Assembly (NCBI GenBank): GCA_964412775.1
Contig: CAYPPX010000003.1
Location: 75,467-139,466, forward strand
From: an uncultured Pseudomonadales bacterium
GTDB lineage: Bacteria; Patescibacteriota; Microgenomatia; UBA1400; PJMF01
Direction of reading: 5' to 3'
Length of the DNA: 64,000 nucleotides
Shown here piece after piece: positions 29,976-40,351 of the stretch (position 1 is the stretch's first letter; the number at the start of each line of letters is the position of its first letter). The translations under genes and the position numbers were made by a program. The notes under the pieces are model-generated. The model ran no database searches, was not told the DNA's origin, and saw only the letters and a program-made list of their open reading frames with translations.

Positions 29976-30790
29976 AAAATATGGGCCACTTTTTGCCAGA
30001 AATTAGCATTTTTCCAAACGAACTTATTAGCATTAGTCCAGCTCATTTTTTCCATTTTTCGCTTACCAAAAACTGAAACATTGGTGGTCTCATGGTTATG
30101 ATCAACTACTGCCTTTTCTTCAAAAATAACTTGCCAGCCTTTTTTTCTAGCTTGAAAAGACAAATCAATATCTTCCCAATAAGCTGGATAATATAAATGA
30201 TCAAAACCACCCAACTCTAAAAATTTTTGTTTATCAAATAAACCACTCCCACCACTAACCCAAGCAGTTGGCCCTGTTTTGAGGTCATCACCCGCTGAAT
30301 GAATAAACATGCCTCGTTCAAACCAAAGCTTATTTTTACCTTTTTTTTCACCATGCTCTATTTCTAAAGGCCCAACAGCAAAAACGTTTTTATCTTTAAA
30401 ATGAGGTAATAAATTGTTGACACATTCTTTGTGTGGAGCTACATCATTATTAATTAAAAAAATCAAATCATGTTTGGCTACTTTGACTCCACGATTAGAA
30501 TTTTCTGCAAAACGTTGATTCTCATGGTTGTATAACAACACCACATCAATTTTCTTTTTACCTTTAGAAAAGTAACCATGATAGGCATCTACTCCAGCCA
30601 TTGGCGCTTGAGTTTTTTTCATGGAAAATTCTTTTCTCATCCAAGGTACTGTGTCATCTGGTCCAGTATCTTCAACCACCACTAACTCATCACCTGTCTC
30701 TAAATTATCAAACAAAGCTGGTAAATACATTTCCATTAATCTTTTACCATTGTAAGTTGGAATTACTGCTGAGATACCAGGTCTTTTCAT
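29939..30790 (-). CDS. Family 2 glycosyltransferase
   Basis: ISAVIPTYNGKRL...VVVEDTGPDDT DXD region. Confidence 0.65.
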   Translation of the reverse strand: MKRPGISAVIPTYNGKRLMEMYLPALFDNLETGDELVVVEDTGPDDTVPWMRKEFSMKKTQAPMAGVDAYHGYFSKGKKKIDVVLLYNHENQRFAENSNRGVKVAKHDLIFLINNDVAPHKECVNNLLPHFKDKNVFAVGPLEIEHGEKKGKNKLWFERGMFIHSAGDDLKTGPTAWVSGGSGLFDKQKFLELGGFDHLYYPAYWEDIDLSFQARKKGWQVIFEEKAVVDHNHETTNVSVFGKRKMEKMSWTNANKFVWKNANFWQKVAHILWKPYWLLVMNS

Positions 30791-30801
30791 AAATTACCTC
30801 C

Positions 30802-31911
30802 TTAAAAGTTGATCTCGGTCAACATCTTGCTAATATTCTTGGAAAAATTAGCTTGATCAAAATCATGAATTTTTTTCGTAGCTTGATAAGCTACGGACTT
30901 TCTTAAGCCCTCATTATTAATAAGTCTAACAGTCTTTTCAAGGCAATCTTTTTTGTCTAACCATAACCATTCGGTCAATTCTTTACCCAAAACTTCTGGT
31001 TGACCACCAGCCTTAATTACAACCGGAACGGCTCCACCAGCCATCGCTTCACCAGTAGAAATTCCAAAGTGTTCCATTCTTTCTGGATACTGATATTGGT
31101 CAAAACCAAAACCAGTAGCATGCCAATAAATCGAAGCTTTGGCATACCAATTGTTTAAATCTGAGCGACTAATTTTATGAATCAAGTTAATTGGTAAACC
31201 CTTAGCCTTATTTGCCACCTCTTTGGCATAACTTTCATCTTCAACTGAACCAATTAGAACCAGTTGCCAACCTTTAGTTTCTTTTGGATAACTTTTAATT
31301 AAATCAGCAAAAAATTCAACTAAAACATCTTGTCTTTTACTGTGAAGCTGACGAAAAAATCGACCGACATGCAAAATTACTTTTTCTTTTTTAATTGTTT
31401 GTTGTAAGATTTCAATCTCAGCTACATCCACCATCGGATGATGAACTGCATCGACTTTAACTTGCCAAAAATTCTCAACAATTTTCTTAGTAAAACTTGA
31501 ATTAGTATTAATAAAATCCCAATTAAAAAGCTTTAAACGATCAATCAATGAGACAGGTTGTCTCATTAAAGGTGTTTGAATATGTAAAATGTTTTTTTTA
31601 GCTAAAGTTGGAAAAAAACTCCCATCAGTAAAAGCATAAAGTAAATCAAATTGTTTTGTCCAAAGTAGCTTTTCTGTAAAACTACTGGTTGTCCCCAATG
31701 GAGACTTAATTAGTTTTAAATCTTTAATCTCTCGACCAAGAAATTTCTTATAGCGATCATAAATCACTTCAGAACTATCTTTTTCACCCTTTTGAACTGC
31801 CAAAGAAACTTCACCATATTTAGCCAATTCAGTCGCCACATCCAAAAAATATTTTTCCCCACCACCGATGTGTTTTGGAAAATATGGAGAGTAAAGACAG
31901 ATTTTTTTCAT
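30802..31911 (-). CDS. GT4-type glycosyltransferase (start trimmed to internal Met MKKICLYSPYF)
   Basis: GT-B architecture with a C-terminal GEAMAGG-like nucleotide-sugar binding region. The trimmed start removes the 110-nt overlap with the upstream gene. Confidence 0.6.
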   Translation of the reverse strand: MKKICLYSPYFPKHIGGGEKYFLDVATELAKYGEVSLAVQKGEKDSSEVIYDRYKKFLGREIKDLKLIKSPLGTTSSFTEKLLWTKQFDLLYAFTDGSFFPTLAKKNILHIQTPLMRQPVSLIDRLKLFNWDFINTNSSFTKKIVENFWQVKVDAVHHPMVDVAEIEILQQTIKKEKVILHVGRFFRQLHSKRQDVLVEFFADLIKSYPKETKGWQLVLIGSVEDESYAKEVANKAKGLPINLIHKISRSDLNNWYAKASIYWHATGFGFDQYQYPERMEHFGISTGEAMAGGAVPVVIKAGGQPEVLGKELTEWLWLDKKDCLEKTVRLINNEGLRKSVAYQATKKIHDFDQANFSKNISKMLTEINF

Positions 31912-31912
31912 T

Positions 31913-32767
31913 TTATAAATCTTTTTCTTGACTCCAAAGTTTTTTAAGTTCCTCTTCTTTTTTAGCATAACGATCAACCAAAGACGGTTTTTGTTGCAAC
32001 TCCCAAACCTGAATATAAACAATCATTCGATTAATAGCTTGAACCACTGCTTCTACCAAGCCAGCCATGCCATCTTTATAACCCTTTTTACTGATAGCTC
32101 GACGGAAAAACTCCATCAGCCCTTTCCTAAAAAGGGTCAACAAAGTAACTGGTTTTTCACCAGCTTTATAGAGTAATTCTGCTTCTAACTTAGTCCATTC
32201 AGCAGATTTTCTGAGATTATCTTCAGTACTACGATGAGTTAAATGGACCAGTGGTGAATGTAATTTAATTACTTCGCCAGTAAAAACTGGGCTTTCATGA
32301 ATTTGACCAATCCACTCTTTTAGAGCAGTTTTATGGAAAATCCTGGTAACCAAATCATTTTCCCAACCTCCATATTTAAACTCAAAACCGTAGCAAATAT
32401 TTTCTCGATCAGCTTGCAAAACTTTTGCATTACTAGTTTCTAGTTGAACCATTACTTCTTTAGCAAAAGTGGGTGTTACTCGTTCATCAGCATCAATGTA
32501 AAAAAGCCAATCATTTTTGGCGTGTTTCAAAGCTTCATTCCTTTTACGAGCAAAAGACGGATGAGAAAAATTAATTACTCTCGCACCCAAGTTTTCCGCC
32601 ACAGTAACTGTGTCATCAATTGAACCATTATCAATTAGTAAAATTTCATTACACCAAGAAAGTGAATTAATACAACCAGCCAACATATTGGCTTCATTTT
32701 TAGTCAAAATTACGGCAGTAATTGGCGCTTTTTTATTCATATTATTAGGCAATCGGTTGCTTGCCAA
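31913..32767 (-). CDS. Family 2 glycosyltransferase
   Basis: ITAVILTKNEANML...LLIDNGSIDDT...IDADERV. Confidence 0.7.
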   Translation of the reverse strand: MASNRLPNNMNKKAPITAVILTKNEANMLAGCINSLSWCNEILLIDNGSIDDTVTVAENLGARVINFSHPSFARKRNEALKHAKNDWLFYIDADERVTPTFAKEVMVQLETSNAKVLQADRENICYGFEFKYGGWENDLVTRIFHKTALKEWIGQIHESPVFTGEVIKLHSPLVHLTHRSTEDNLRKSAEWTKLEAELLYKAGEKPVTLLTLFRKGLMEFFRRAISKKGYKDGMAGLVEAVVQAINRMIVYIQVWELQQKPSLVDRYAKKEEELKKLWSQEKDL

Positions 32768-33713
32768 AACGCATTAGATAAAAATCCAATACCCCTTTGC
32801 GCTCAGCATCATTTCCCTTTAAAAAAGTTTGCACAGAGAATCTCAGGGCAGTCAATTTATTTTTCAAACTACCGTAACGCATTGAGATTAAAATTCTATT
32901 TCTTGTCTGATAGTACTGTTGTAACTTGGAACCAGCTCCCCCCGCGACCGAACCACCATTCATATGCCAAACAATTGACTTTGGCACAAAAACAATCTTA
33001 TAACCAGCTTTTCTTGCTTTTAGACTAAAATCAACATCTTCTGAATAAAGAAAAAACTTTTTATCTAGAATGCCAATGTGTTCAGTGACAACTCTTTTGA
33101 CAAATAAGGCACAACCAGTAGCAAAGTCACAAGTTATTTGATGATCAAATTGACCACGATCAATCTCATCTACACCTCGGTGATAAGCTACCAAGTTATC
33201 TAAATCAACACTTCCTCCGGCATACCACAAAACTTTGCCTTTTTCAGTTCTAGCATAACTTCGACGATGAAACTCAAGTCCTGGAGTAAAATAAATCTTA
33301 GAAACAGCAATCCCAGCTTTTGGATCGTCTTTAATGGCATCATAAAGAGCTTGAATACCATCTTTTTCTACCTCAGCATCTGAATTTAACAGAAAAAAAT
33401 AATCAGTATGATAATGCTTAACCGCATGGCTCATCCCCAAATTGTTACCACCAGTAAAACCCAGGTTGGCTTCACTACGAATTAGCTCAACTCCAGCTTT
33501 TTCCAAATCTTTAGCCAACTTAAAAGGTTCTTTAGAACCATTATCAATCACAATTACTTGGTGGTTAAAACCATTAGCCTTAGCATTCACAGCTGATCTA
33601 ATCGCTAACTCAGTTTCCTTTTGTGTGTTGTAATTAACAATAAGTGTTGTAACGTGTTCCATAGTAACTCCATTATACCCCGAATAATTTGCTAAAAATG
33701 CTCGTATTGCCAA
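32745..33713 (-). CDS. Family 2 glycosyltransferase (rhamnosyl/galactosyl-transferase-like)
   Basis: TTLIVNYNTQKETELAIRS...VIVIDNGSKEP...NSDAEVE. Confidence 0.65.
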   Translation of the reverse strand: MAIRAFLANYSGYNGVTMEHVTTLIVNYNTQKETELAIRSAVNAKANGFNHQVIVIDNGSKEPFKLAKDLEKAGVELIRSEANLGFTGGNNLGMSHAVKHYHTDYFFLLNSDAEVEKDGIQALYDAIKDDPKAGIAVSKIYFTPGLEFHRRSYARTEKGKVLWYAGGSVDLDNLVAYHRGVDEIDRGQFDHQITCDFATGCALFVKRVVTEHIGILDKKFFLYSEDVDFSLKARKAGYKIVFVPKSIVWHMNGGSVAGGAGSKLQQYYQTRNRILISMRYGSLKNKLTALRFSVQTFLKGNDAERKGVLDFYLMRFGKQPIA

Positions 33714-35392
33714 AACTCAATTTGTTGATCAACCTGGTCATTTGCTAATTTGTTTAATAATTTAAATCTTGCATGAGTTTGATTGTAACTAGGAATTTCA
33801 CCACTACTAACTACAAACAACCGATCTTCATCTAGATAATCATCAATATTCCAATTAACCCTTTCAAAATAAATGTTATCCAACCTTTTAACATGTCTAA
33901 AACCTTCCTTATCAGCTGGGTAATATTCAAGTCTATTAGCCAAAGTAGCTGGATCAATCTTTAAATGAAATAGGAAATAGATATAGGGTGAAGATTGTTC
34001 TCCCTCAACGATAACTTTATCATAATTATCTTTCAAAAAATCTACTTGAAAAGCCAATGGCTTCATTTGCCATGACCAACGCTTAGCATCCAGACTCGGA
34101 AAAATAAAATAGTAATGGAATAAAAATTTATAAATAAAATAAAAAAAGCCTATAGCTATAATTAATAATATTGCTAAAAATATTTTTCTAGATATTTTTT
34201 GCTTTAAATAACTAAAAATTTCAAACCAACCATAGGCCGATAATATTTCAATGGCAATAAAAGCTGGAGAAAATCTAATCGTGTGATTAGCTTGAAAAGT
34301 AATCATTGGGGCTACCATAGCCACTAACAACCATATTCCTAACAAATTTAAGTTTCCAAAACCCATAAATATTTGTACAAGACCAACTACCAGACCAAAA
34401 AATACTAGAGGATAAAAATTTCCGAAACCTGTAATATTGTGGGCACCATTATCACCACCTTTCATAAATAAAAACTCAGGAGAAATCATCAAGAAAAAAT
34501 TACTGGTAACTTGATCGATAAAGCCAGTAAATTTATTTAAAGATAATGTCACAAAAAAATTATTTGGATCAGACAAAATAAAGCGTTTTTTGGCGATTGG
34601 TTGGACATAAGCTTCAAGACTAAAAATCGACAAACCACTAAATTTAGTTGAGTTTGCTCCACTAACGCCACTCAAAATTAAAACAATACCAGTTATCATA
34701 AATGGGATCGCTACTAAAACTAATTCTTTCCTTAAATTTTTTCCAGAAAAAAACTTTAGCCAAAAATCTTTGTATAACCAAGCAAAACCAAGTAAAAATA
34801 AAGGTATAAAAACTTGATAAGCATGGTAACCAAGCATGGTAATTAATAAGCTAGAAATTGAGGCAATTAGTAAACCAATTTTTTTAAGTTTTTGTTCTAA
34901 AAATAAAGTCTTAACTTTTAACAACCCCAACAAACCCAGTAGAAAGAAAAACATTGACAGGTGTGCTTCATAAGCAATATGAGAAAAATGGATTGACCAT
35001 GGCGAAACAGCGACAAATAAAGCTGTAGTCAAAGCCAAATTATCAACCAATTTGTATTTTTTGAATAACTCTTTAACCAAAAAATAAACCAACCAAACAA
35101 TACCCACTCCAGCCAACATTGAAGGCAATCTCACCACCCATATTTCCAAACCAAATACCTTAATAAATGGAATTAAACTATAAACATATAAGGGTAATTT
35201 CCAATCACCAAAAGACTCAATTTGAATCGGCCAATATTGACCATGTTCTTCATGACCAGTCAATAAAATTGAGTAAGCAGTGTAACCTAATGAAGCTTCA
35301 TCACGATTCATCTCTGCAGGCGCTAAACCTAATTTAAAAAATCTTAAAAAAAATGCCAACAAGACTACAAAATAAAAAAGTTTCTGTTTCAT
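33692..35392 (-). CDS. GT-C fold glycosyltransferase, PMT/ArnT-like
   Basis: EMNRDEASLGYTAYSIL DE motif, polytopic. Confidence 0.6.
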   Translation of the reverse strand: MKQKLFYFVVLLAFFLRFFKLGLAPAEMNRDEASLGYTAYSILLTGHEEHGQYWPIQIESFGDWKLPLYVYSLIPFIKVFGLEIWVVRLPSMLAGVGIVWLVYFLVKELFKKYKLVDNLALTTALFVAVSPWSIHFSHIAYEAHLSMFFFLLGLLGLLKVKTLFLEQKLKKIGLLIASISSLLITMLGYHAYQVFIPLFLLGFAWLYKDFWLKFFSGKNLRKELVLVAIPFMITGIVLILSGVSGANSTKFSGLSIFSLEAYVQPIAKKRFILSDPNNFFVTLSLNKFTGFIDQVTSNFFLMISPEFLFMKGGDNGAHNITGFGNFYPLVFFGLVVGLVQIFMGFGNLNLLGIWLLVAMVAPMITFQANHTIRFSPAFIAIEILSAYGWFEIFSYLKQKISRKIFLAILLIIAIGFFYFIYKFLFHYYFIFPSLDAKRWSWQMKPLAFQVDFLKDNYDKVIVEGEQSSPYIYFLFHLKIDPATLANRLEYYPADKEGFRHVKRLDNIYFERVNWNIDDYLDEDRLFVVSSGEIPSYNQTHARFKLLNKLANDQVDQQIEFWQYEHF

Positions 35393-36298
35393 TTAAACTT
35401 TTAACTTTCTTCTGATTTGCCAATAAATTTTGCTTAAACCCCTATTATGCCTAACCTGGTAATCAGCCCACCAATAACGCCAAATTTGTTGCATCTTATC
35501 AAGTATTTTAGCAAAATCCTCTGGCTTGGTTTCTTTATAACCTAATTCACCCCACTGCTTAAGATAAATTACTGCTTCATAGTTAGCTTGTAAAAGTGAT
35601 AAAGAAACTCCATGCAAACCTTCTTCAAAACCATTCATCATCAAAGATCTTTTAGCTAATTCATTAGCAAAAACTTCAAATAATTCACTAGAGGAAAAAT
35701 CATCTTTAGGTGAACTTGCCAAACGCTCTTTAGCCTGAATAGACGTGTAGTGGTTCAATTTAGTTAAAAAATGAGCGATATCAGTATAGTTAGCATGTTC
35801 CAAAGCATATTTTTCTTCTGCAGGAAATTTTGCCTGAGTTCCAACCATATCAGGTAAACGGTGAACTCCAACTTGCCATGATACAGCCCCTTTTTTAAAA
35901 AGTCTTGGTTGATAATCAGGCCACCAGCCAGTTTTCATGATCCATTTACCAAAAACATAATTTTTTCTTGGCAAATGGTAAATATCAGCACTATGGTCAT
36001 CATTGATCGTCTTCAGGATTATTTCTTTAAGTTCAGCCTTTACAACCTCATCAGCATCAACCACCAAAATCCAGTCATACTGAGCCTTTGAGATTGCAAA
36101 ATTCCGTGCCGGATCAGCATAACCCAAATCCTCATAGTGATAGATTTTAGTTTTATATTTTTTGGCAATCGCTAAAGTTTCATCAGTGCTTGCCATATCC
36201 ACCACAATCACTTCATCAGCAAATTGAACAGATTTGAGAGTTTTGGCCAAAGTTTCAGCAACGTTCTTGGTATGAATTAAAACAGATAATTTTGACAT
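35393..36298 (-). CDS. Family 2 glycosyltransferase
   Basis: LSVLIHTKNVAETL...VIVVDMASTDET...VVDADEVV. Confidence 0.7.
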   Translation of the reverse strand: MSKLSVLIHTKNVAETLAKTLKSVQFADEVIVVDMASTDETLAIAKKYKTKIYHYEDLGYADPARNFAISKAQYDWILVVDADEVVKAELKEIILKTINDDHSADIYHLPRKNYVFGKWIMKTGWWPDYQPRLFKKGAVSWQVGVHRLPDMVGTQAKFPAEEKYALEHANYTDIAHFLTKLNHYTSIQAKERLASSPKDDFSSSELFEVFANELAKRSLMMNGFEEGLHGVSLSLLQANYEAVIYLKQWGELGYKETKPEDFAKILDKMQQIWRYWWADYQVRHNRGLSKIYWQIRRKLKV

Positions 36299-36369
36299 TA
36301 CAGTTACATTGTACCTGTTATCAGAAATGGTGACAATTATTTGAGTAAAACAACATTTGTTACTGAATA

Positions 36370-36600
36370 TTAATCATTTTTAAGTTTTGCTTTTTTCTTT
36401 TCAGCTTTTTCGCTTTTTTCTCTTCTTCTAAGATGGCGATCACTATCATGTCTAAGCAGTGATTTTAATAAAATAGTTAATAGGCCTTCTCGACCATATT
36501 CATTAATTAACTGATCTTCAGTTCTCTTTTCTAATGGGGTTCGACTAAGAGACTTTTTTTCCTTCATGGAAAAATGAATTATACCAAGATCTAAAAACAA
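36370..36600 (-). CDS. Small basic hypothetical protein with Lys/Arg-rich C-terminal tail
   Basis: ORF only, no recognisable motif. Divergent from the surface-protein gene. Confidence 0.3.
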   Translation of the reverse strand: MFLDLGIIHFSMKEKKSLSRTPLEKRTEDQLINEYGREGLLTILLKSLLRHDSDRHLRRREKSEKAEKKKAKLKND

Positions 36601-36656
36601 TAGTTTACAAGAAGCAACCTGACGTATTATTCTATCTAAAGCGAAAGTTTTTAATT

Positions 36657-37547
36657 ATGATTAATATTGCTACTAACCAACCACCAACTAGTACTACTAG
36701 TGTCCCTCCACAACAACCAATGATGAGCGCCCCTCCTGTACAAGAAGCTTCAGCTCAACAACCTCAACCACCCTTGCCTTCAGAAAAAAAGAAAAGTAAT
36801 TTTCTACTAATTGGTGGAATTATCTTGGCTATTTTAGCTATTGGTGGTCTTGCCAGTATGTTCTTGGTTCAACAACCTCAAGAAATTCGTCAACAAGCCA
36901 CCCAGTGTCAAGAGCAATGTCCAGGTAATGATGGAGTTCTAAGAAACTGTACTCCACCAGAATCAGATGGGTCATCCCAAGATAGTACTTGTAATGTCAA
37001 AGGTAGAGTTGAGTCGTGTGGTGGCAGAGAGTATTGTTGTCCTTCTCCAGGTGGTGCTTGGACAACCAATATGACTGCTTGTGCTACCCCAACCCCAGAA
37101 CCAAGTCCAACAGAAATACCTGGTTTATGTTCTAGTGACTCTGTAGCTGACTGTCGTTCTCTTGACCCAGGTGATTATTGTAATAACGGTGCTGGTGAAT
37201 GTACAACCGATGGCACTAAAGGTGCTGACGATAAAGATGTTTGTACCTGTCAAGCAGAGCCAACCCCCACAACAGAGCCTACTTCTGCTCCAACCACTGC
37301 ACCTACTACTGCCCCAACAACCTCTCCAACGACTGCTCCAACGACTGCGCCTACTACTTCAGCAACTACAGCCCCGACCGTTGCTCCAACAACAGCCCCT
37401 ACCACCGCTGTAGCAGCTACCACTGCTCCAACTCAGCCACCATTGCCTTCTCAGCTGCCAGAGACAGGCCCAGCTGACTGGCTAAGAAACCTATCAATTG
37501 GTCTTGGTGCATTAGGTGCTGGAGCATTACTATTCTTGTTCTTATAA
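36657..37547 (+). CDS. Cys-rich, Pro/Thr-repeat cell-surface protein with C-terminal LPETG plus hydrophobic segment (sortase-type anchor signal)
   Basis: N-terminal TM/signal anchor, about 20 Cys in the central domain, (A/S)PTT tandem repeats. LPETG is followed by a 20-aa hydrophobic stretch at the extreme C-terminus. Confidence 0.6.
   Translation: MINIATNQPPTSTTSVPPQQPMMSAPPVQEASAQQPQPPLPSEKKKSNFLLIGGIILAILAIGGLASMFLVQQPQEIRQQATQCQEQCPGNDGVLRNCTPPESDGSSQDSTCNVKGRVESCGGREYCCPSPGGAWTTNMTACATPTPEPSPTEIPGLCSSDSVADCRSLDPGDYCNNGAGECTTDGTKGADDKDVCTCQAEPTPTTEPTSAPTTAPTTAPTTSPTTAPTTAPTTSATTAPTVAPTTAPTTAVAATTAPTQPPLPSQLPETGPADWLRNLSIGLGALGAGALLFLFL
37270..37430 (+). repeat. Imperfect tandem 12-bp repeat encoding (A/S)PTT
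   Basis: Visible as repeating ccaacNactgcNcc units. It spawns spurious alternative-frame ORFs (37162..37413, 37241..37477). Confidence 0.7.
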
Positions 37548-37554
37548 GCTAACA

Positions 37555-38655
37555 ATGAATCAAGCTGGACTTGCCACAATAAATACTCTTAAAAGTAAGT
37601 TGATTTTTGGACTATTGCTTACTCTTATTTTAGCAATTATTTATAAAGATAAGATTTTTACCAGCTTGGATCAAACTTCTGTAGCCGATTTATATAGCCA
37701 ATCTCAATATATTCTTGGTGATAGTGCCATTAATAAAATTGATGACGCCACCCTTTATCAATATGCTGGAATCGCTTATCTTAGAGGGGAGGACCCAACT
37801 ACTATTAATTTTGAACATCCACCCTTGGGAAAATATTTTTTTGGGCTATCTACAGTCATTACTGGTAACCCATTAATTATTAATCTGCTATTTTTTTATG
37901 GAATTTTATTGTTATTAGTTTTATTGATGAATAAATTCTCAGTTTCTGCTCCACTGCAATATTTATTTATCACTTATTTTGCTATTTTTAGTTCACTCAA
38001 AAATCATTTGTTTACCTCTCTACTTGATTTACAAACTCTTTTTTGGTCATTACTTTACTTTGTCCTACTATTTAGCAACAAAGAAAGTTGGGCCAAATAT
38101 TTAGCTATTGGTTTAACCTTGGGTTTATTTATTAGTACTAAATACTTTTTCCCAATAATTTTTCTCTATCTACTAACGCTTTTTATTTGGAGTTTCAAGA
38201 AAAAAACACTTATTAAAGCCAGTGTCGCATCTTTATTGATGTTAATTATTTATTTACTAGGATACGTTGTTTTTTTTACCAACCATAACTTGGTAGATTT
38301 TATTAAGTTCGAATGGTATAGATTCAAATGGTGGACGGGCAATAGAACCATTCCTAAATTTATTATTTTAAATACCCTCTTTACTGGTCAATACCCCGCC
38401 TGGTGGGAAAAATCTGGAACAATGATGCGTGATGGCGATTGGAATATCTCCTGGCCAGTTCTATTTGCTTCCTATCTCGTCAGCCTTTTTAAACAAAAAT
38501 ATGACCTAAAAAAAACAATTGTTTTAATATTTTCATTAGCCTTAATGATTATCTTTTTATTTGGTTCAGCAGTTTATGGAAGATATTTATTACAATTAAT
38601 GCCATTCTGGTTAATTAGTCTTGCTGGAATAAAGTATGCTAAAAAAAGTAACTAA
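37555..38655 (+). CDS. PMT-family (GT39-like) membrane glycosyltransferase, short form (start trimmed to internal Met)
   Basis: FEHPPLGKYFFGL motif (the HPPLGK box of Pmt-type O-mannosyltransferases), polytopic. Confidence 0.5.
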   Translation: MNQAGLATINTLKSKLIFGLLLTLILAIIYKDKIFTSLDQTSVADLYSQSQYILGDSAINKIDDATLYQYAGIAYLRGEDPTTINFEHPPLGKYFFGLSTVITGNPLIINLLFFYGILLLLVLLMNKFSVSAPLQYLFITYFAIFSSLKNHLFTSLLDLQTLFWSLLYFVLLFSNKESWAKYLAIGLTLGLFISTKYFFPIIFLYLLTLFIWSFKKKTLIKASVASLLMLIIYLLGYVVFFTNHNLVDFIKFEWYRFKWWTGNRTIPKFIILNTLFTGQYPAWWEKSGTMMRDGDWNISWPVLFASYLVSLFKQKYDLKKTIVLIFSLALMIIFLFGSAVYGRYLLQLMPFWLISLAGIKYAKKSN

Positions 38656-40351
38656 ACTAATTCCTTGGCTACTAAGTTTCGGAGTAATTTTGGTGGTAAT
38701 TTCAAGATTAATTATTCCAACCAAGATAAACCAAGGCATGTGGTATATCTTTGATGATGTTCATACCGTTAGAACTAATGAAATGGTTAATGAACTAAAA
38801 AATGGTCAATTCCCAGTTCGTTATCTAGGAAATCTAGCCTTTAAAAGGGGCTACCTGTTATTTAATTTTTATTCTCCCTTAGTTTATTACTTGACTAGTG
38901 CTTTAGTTTTCATTGGTAAATCACCACTCAATGCAGTTAAAAATGTTTTTCAGCTTAGCTATCTAATTGCTGGAAGTGGCATGTTCTTGTTACTAAAACA
39001 CTATTTTCCCAAAAAATGGTTTTTGCCAATTTTAGGCAGTATCCTACTGATTAGTAGCCCCTACTTTAATTACAATATCTACACTAGAGGTGCTCTTGCA
39101 GAAGTTTGGGGCTTTGCCTTAATCCCTTGGCTATTTCTTGCTTATGAATTAATTAAAAAACACAAAAGTAATTTAGCAATTGTTCTCTTCTCAGTTATAG
39201 CCAGCTTGATGTTTTACGTTCATGCCATCAGCGCTTTTATTGCCATTCCTTTATTATTAGTCAAATTTTTGATCGAATGGCAAATAACTAAACAAATAAG
39301 TAAAGAGATTTTTAAAAGGTACTTTTTGAGTTCGATTATTGGTTTTGCTCTGAGTGCTAGCTACTTACTGCCAGTTATTTTCGAAAAAAACCAAGTTATC
39401 TACTCAAATGTTGAGTTTGTAGTCAGTGGTTTTAAAACTGGTTTTGTAAACTTCAATGAACTAATTGGCTTGAGTAAAAACGCTGATCCGAAAATTATTC
39501 CTATTACTCTCGGTAAAACTTTAGCCATCTCAACCTTGATCTCCATAATCATTGTTTTTTATAAACTAGTAAAAAAATCACAACTAAAACTAAAAAACGA
39601 GTTTACTACTAATTTAATACTAATAGTTATTACTAGCTTTATTTTGCTTAAGCCAAGTAGTTTTATTTGGGAAAACAATCCTCTCTTACAAATGACTCAA
39701 TTTCCCTATAGATTCATGATTTTGCTAACTTTTTTAAGTGTTCTCTTCATTATCATAACCTTAAATTTAGTTAAAAATAATTTTCTAAAAATAATTTTTG
39801 GCTTAGTGATTCTACTTAGTAGTTTTTATGGTAATAAAATTTTCTATCAACCTAGTGGCTACTACTTTGCTGGTAACTTTGAAGCAGCAGATCTTTGTGC
39901 CACTACAACCTGGCAAGCAGAATACTTGCCAAAATGGGCCACTAACTGTGCTACTTTGAACTCACCTAAACAAGAAATCAGAGTAAACACTGGAGAAATT
40001 GAGGTGACTAATTCAAGGTTTAATTCCAACAATCTAGAAGTTGAAATTGAAACCAACGGTAAAAGTGGTACTTTGGAAGTTGATCGTTACTTTTATCCTG
40101 GCTGGCAAGCTAAAACTTTTGAAAAAAACCTAACTATTAAACCGGTCGATAATCTGGGTATTATCAAAATTGAAGTACCTGAAAATACCAACTTTATTAA
40201 GCTAACGTTTCAAGATACTTTAATTAGAAAAATTGGTAATTTATTAACTTTAAGTTCAATCATCAGCATCTTGATCATTGCTTTAATTGAAATTATTAAA
40301 TACAAAAAAATTTATCTAAGTGGGTTATTCACATCAAAAAAAGCAGCCTGA
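38636..40351 (+). CDS. Large membrane protein, YfhO-like paralog family A
   Basis: DDVHTVRTNEMVNELKNGQFPVRYLGNL N-terminal motif and C-terminal RYFYPGWQA beta-domain. Confidence 0.5.
   Translation: MLKKVTKLIPWLLSFGVILVVISRLIIPTKINQGMWYIFDDVHTVRTNEMVNELKNGQFPVRYLGNLAFKRGYLLFNFYSPLVYYLTSALVFIGKSPLNAVKNVFQLSYLIAGSGMFLLLKHYFPKKWFLPILGSILLISSPYFNYNIYTRGALAEVWGFALIPWLFLAYELIKKHKSNLAIVLFSVIASLMFYVHAISAFIAIPLLLVKFLIEWQITKQISKEIFKRYFLSSIIGFALSASYLLPVIFEKNQVIYSNVEFVVSGFKTGFVNFNELIGLSKNADPKIIPITLGKTLAISTLISIIIVFYKLVKKSQLKLKNEFTTNLILIVITSFILLKPSSFIWENNPLLQMTQFPYRFMILLTFLSVLFIIITLNLVKNNFLKIIFGLVILLSSFYGNKIFYQPSGYYFAGNFEAADLCATTTWQAEYLPKWATNCATLNSPKQEIRVNTGEIEVTNSRFNSNNLEVEIETNGKSGTLEVDRYFYPGWQAKTFEKNLTIKPVDNLGIIKIEVPENTNFIKLTFQDTLIRKIGNLLTLSSIISILIIALIEIIKYKKIYLSGLFTSKKAA

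Noticed and set aside
37162-37477. ORFs 37162..37413 and 37241..37477 in alternative frames of the surface-protein gene
   Set aside because: Produced by the 12-bp tandem repeat, which reads openly in all frames. The Gln/Leu/Pro-rich translations are repeat artefacts.
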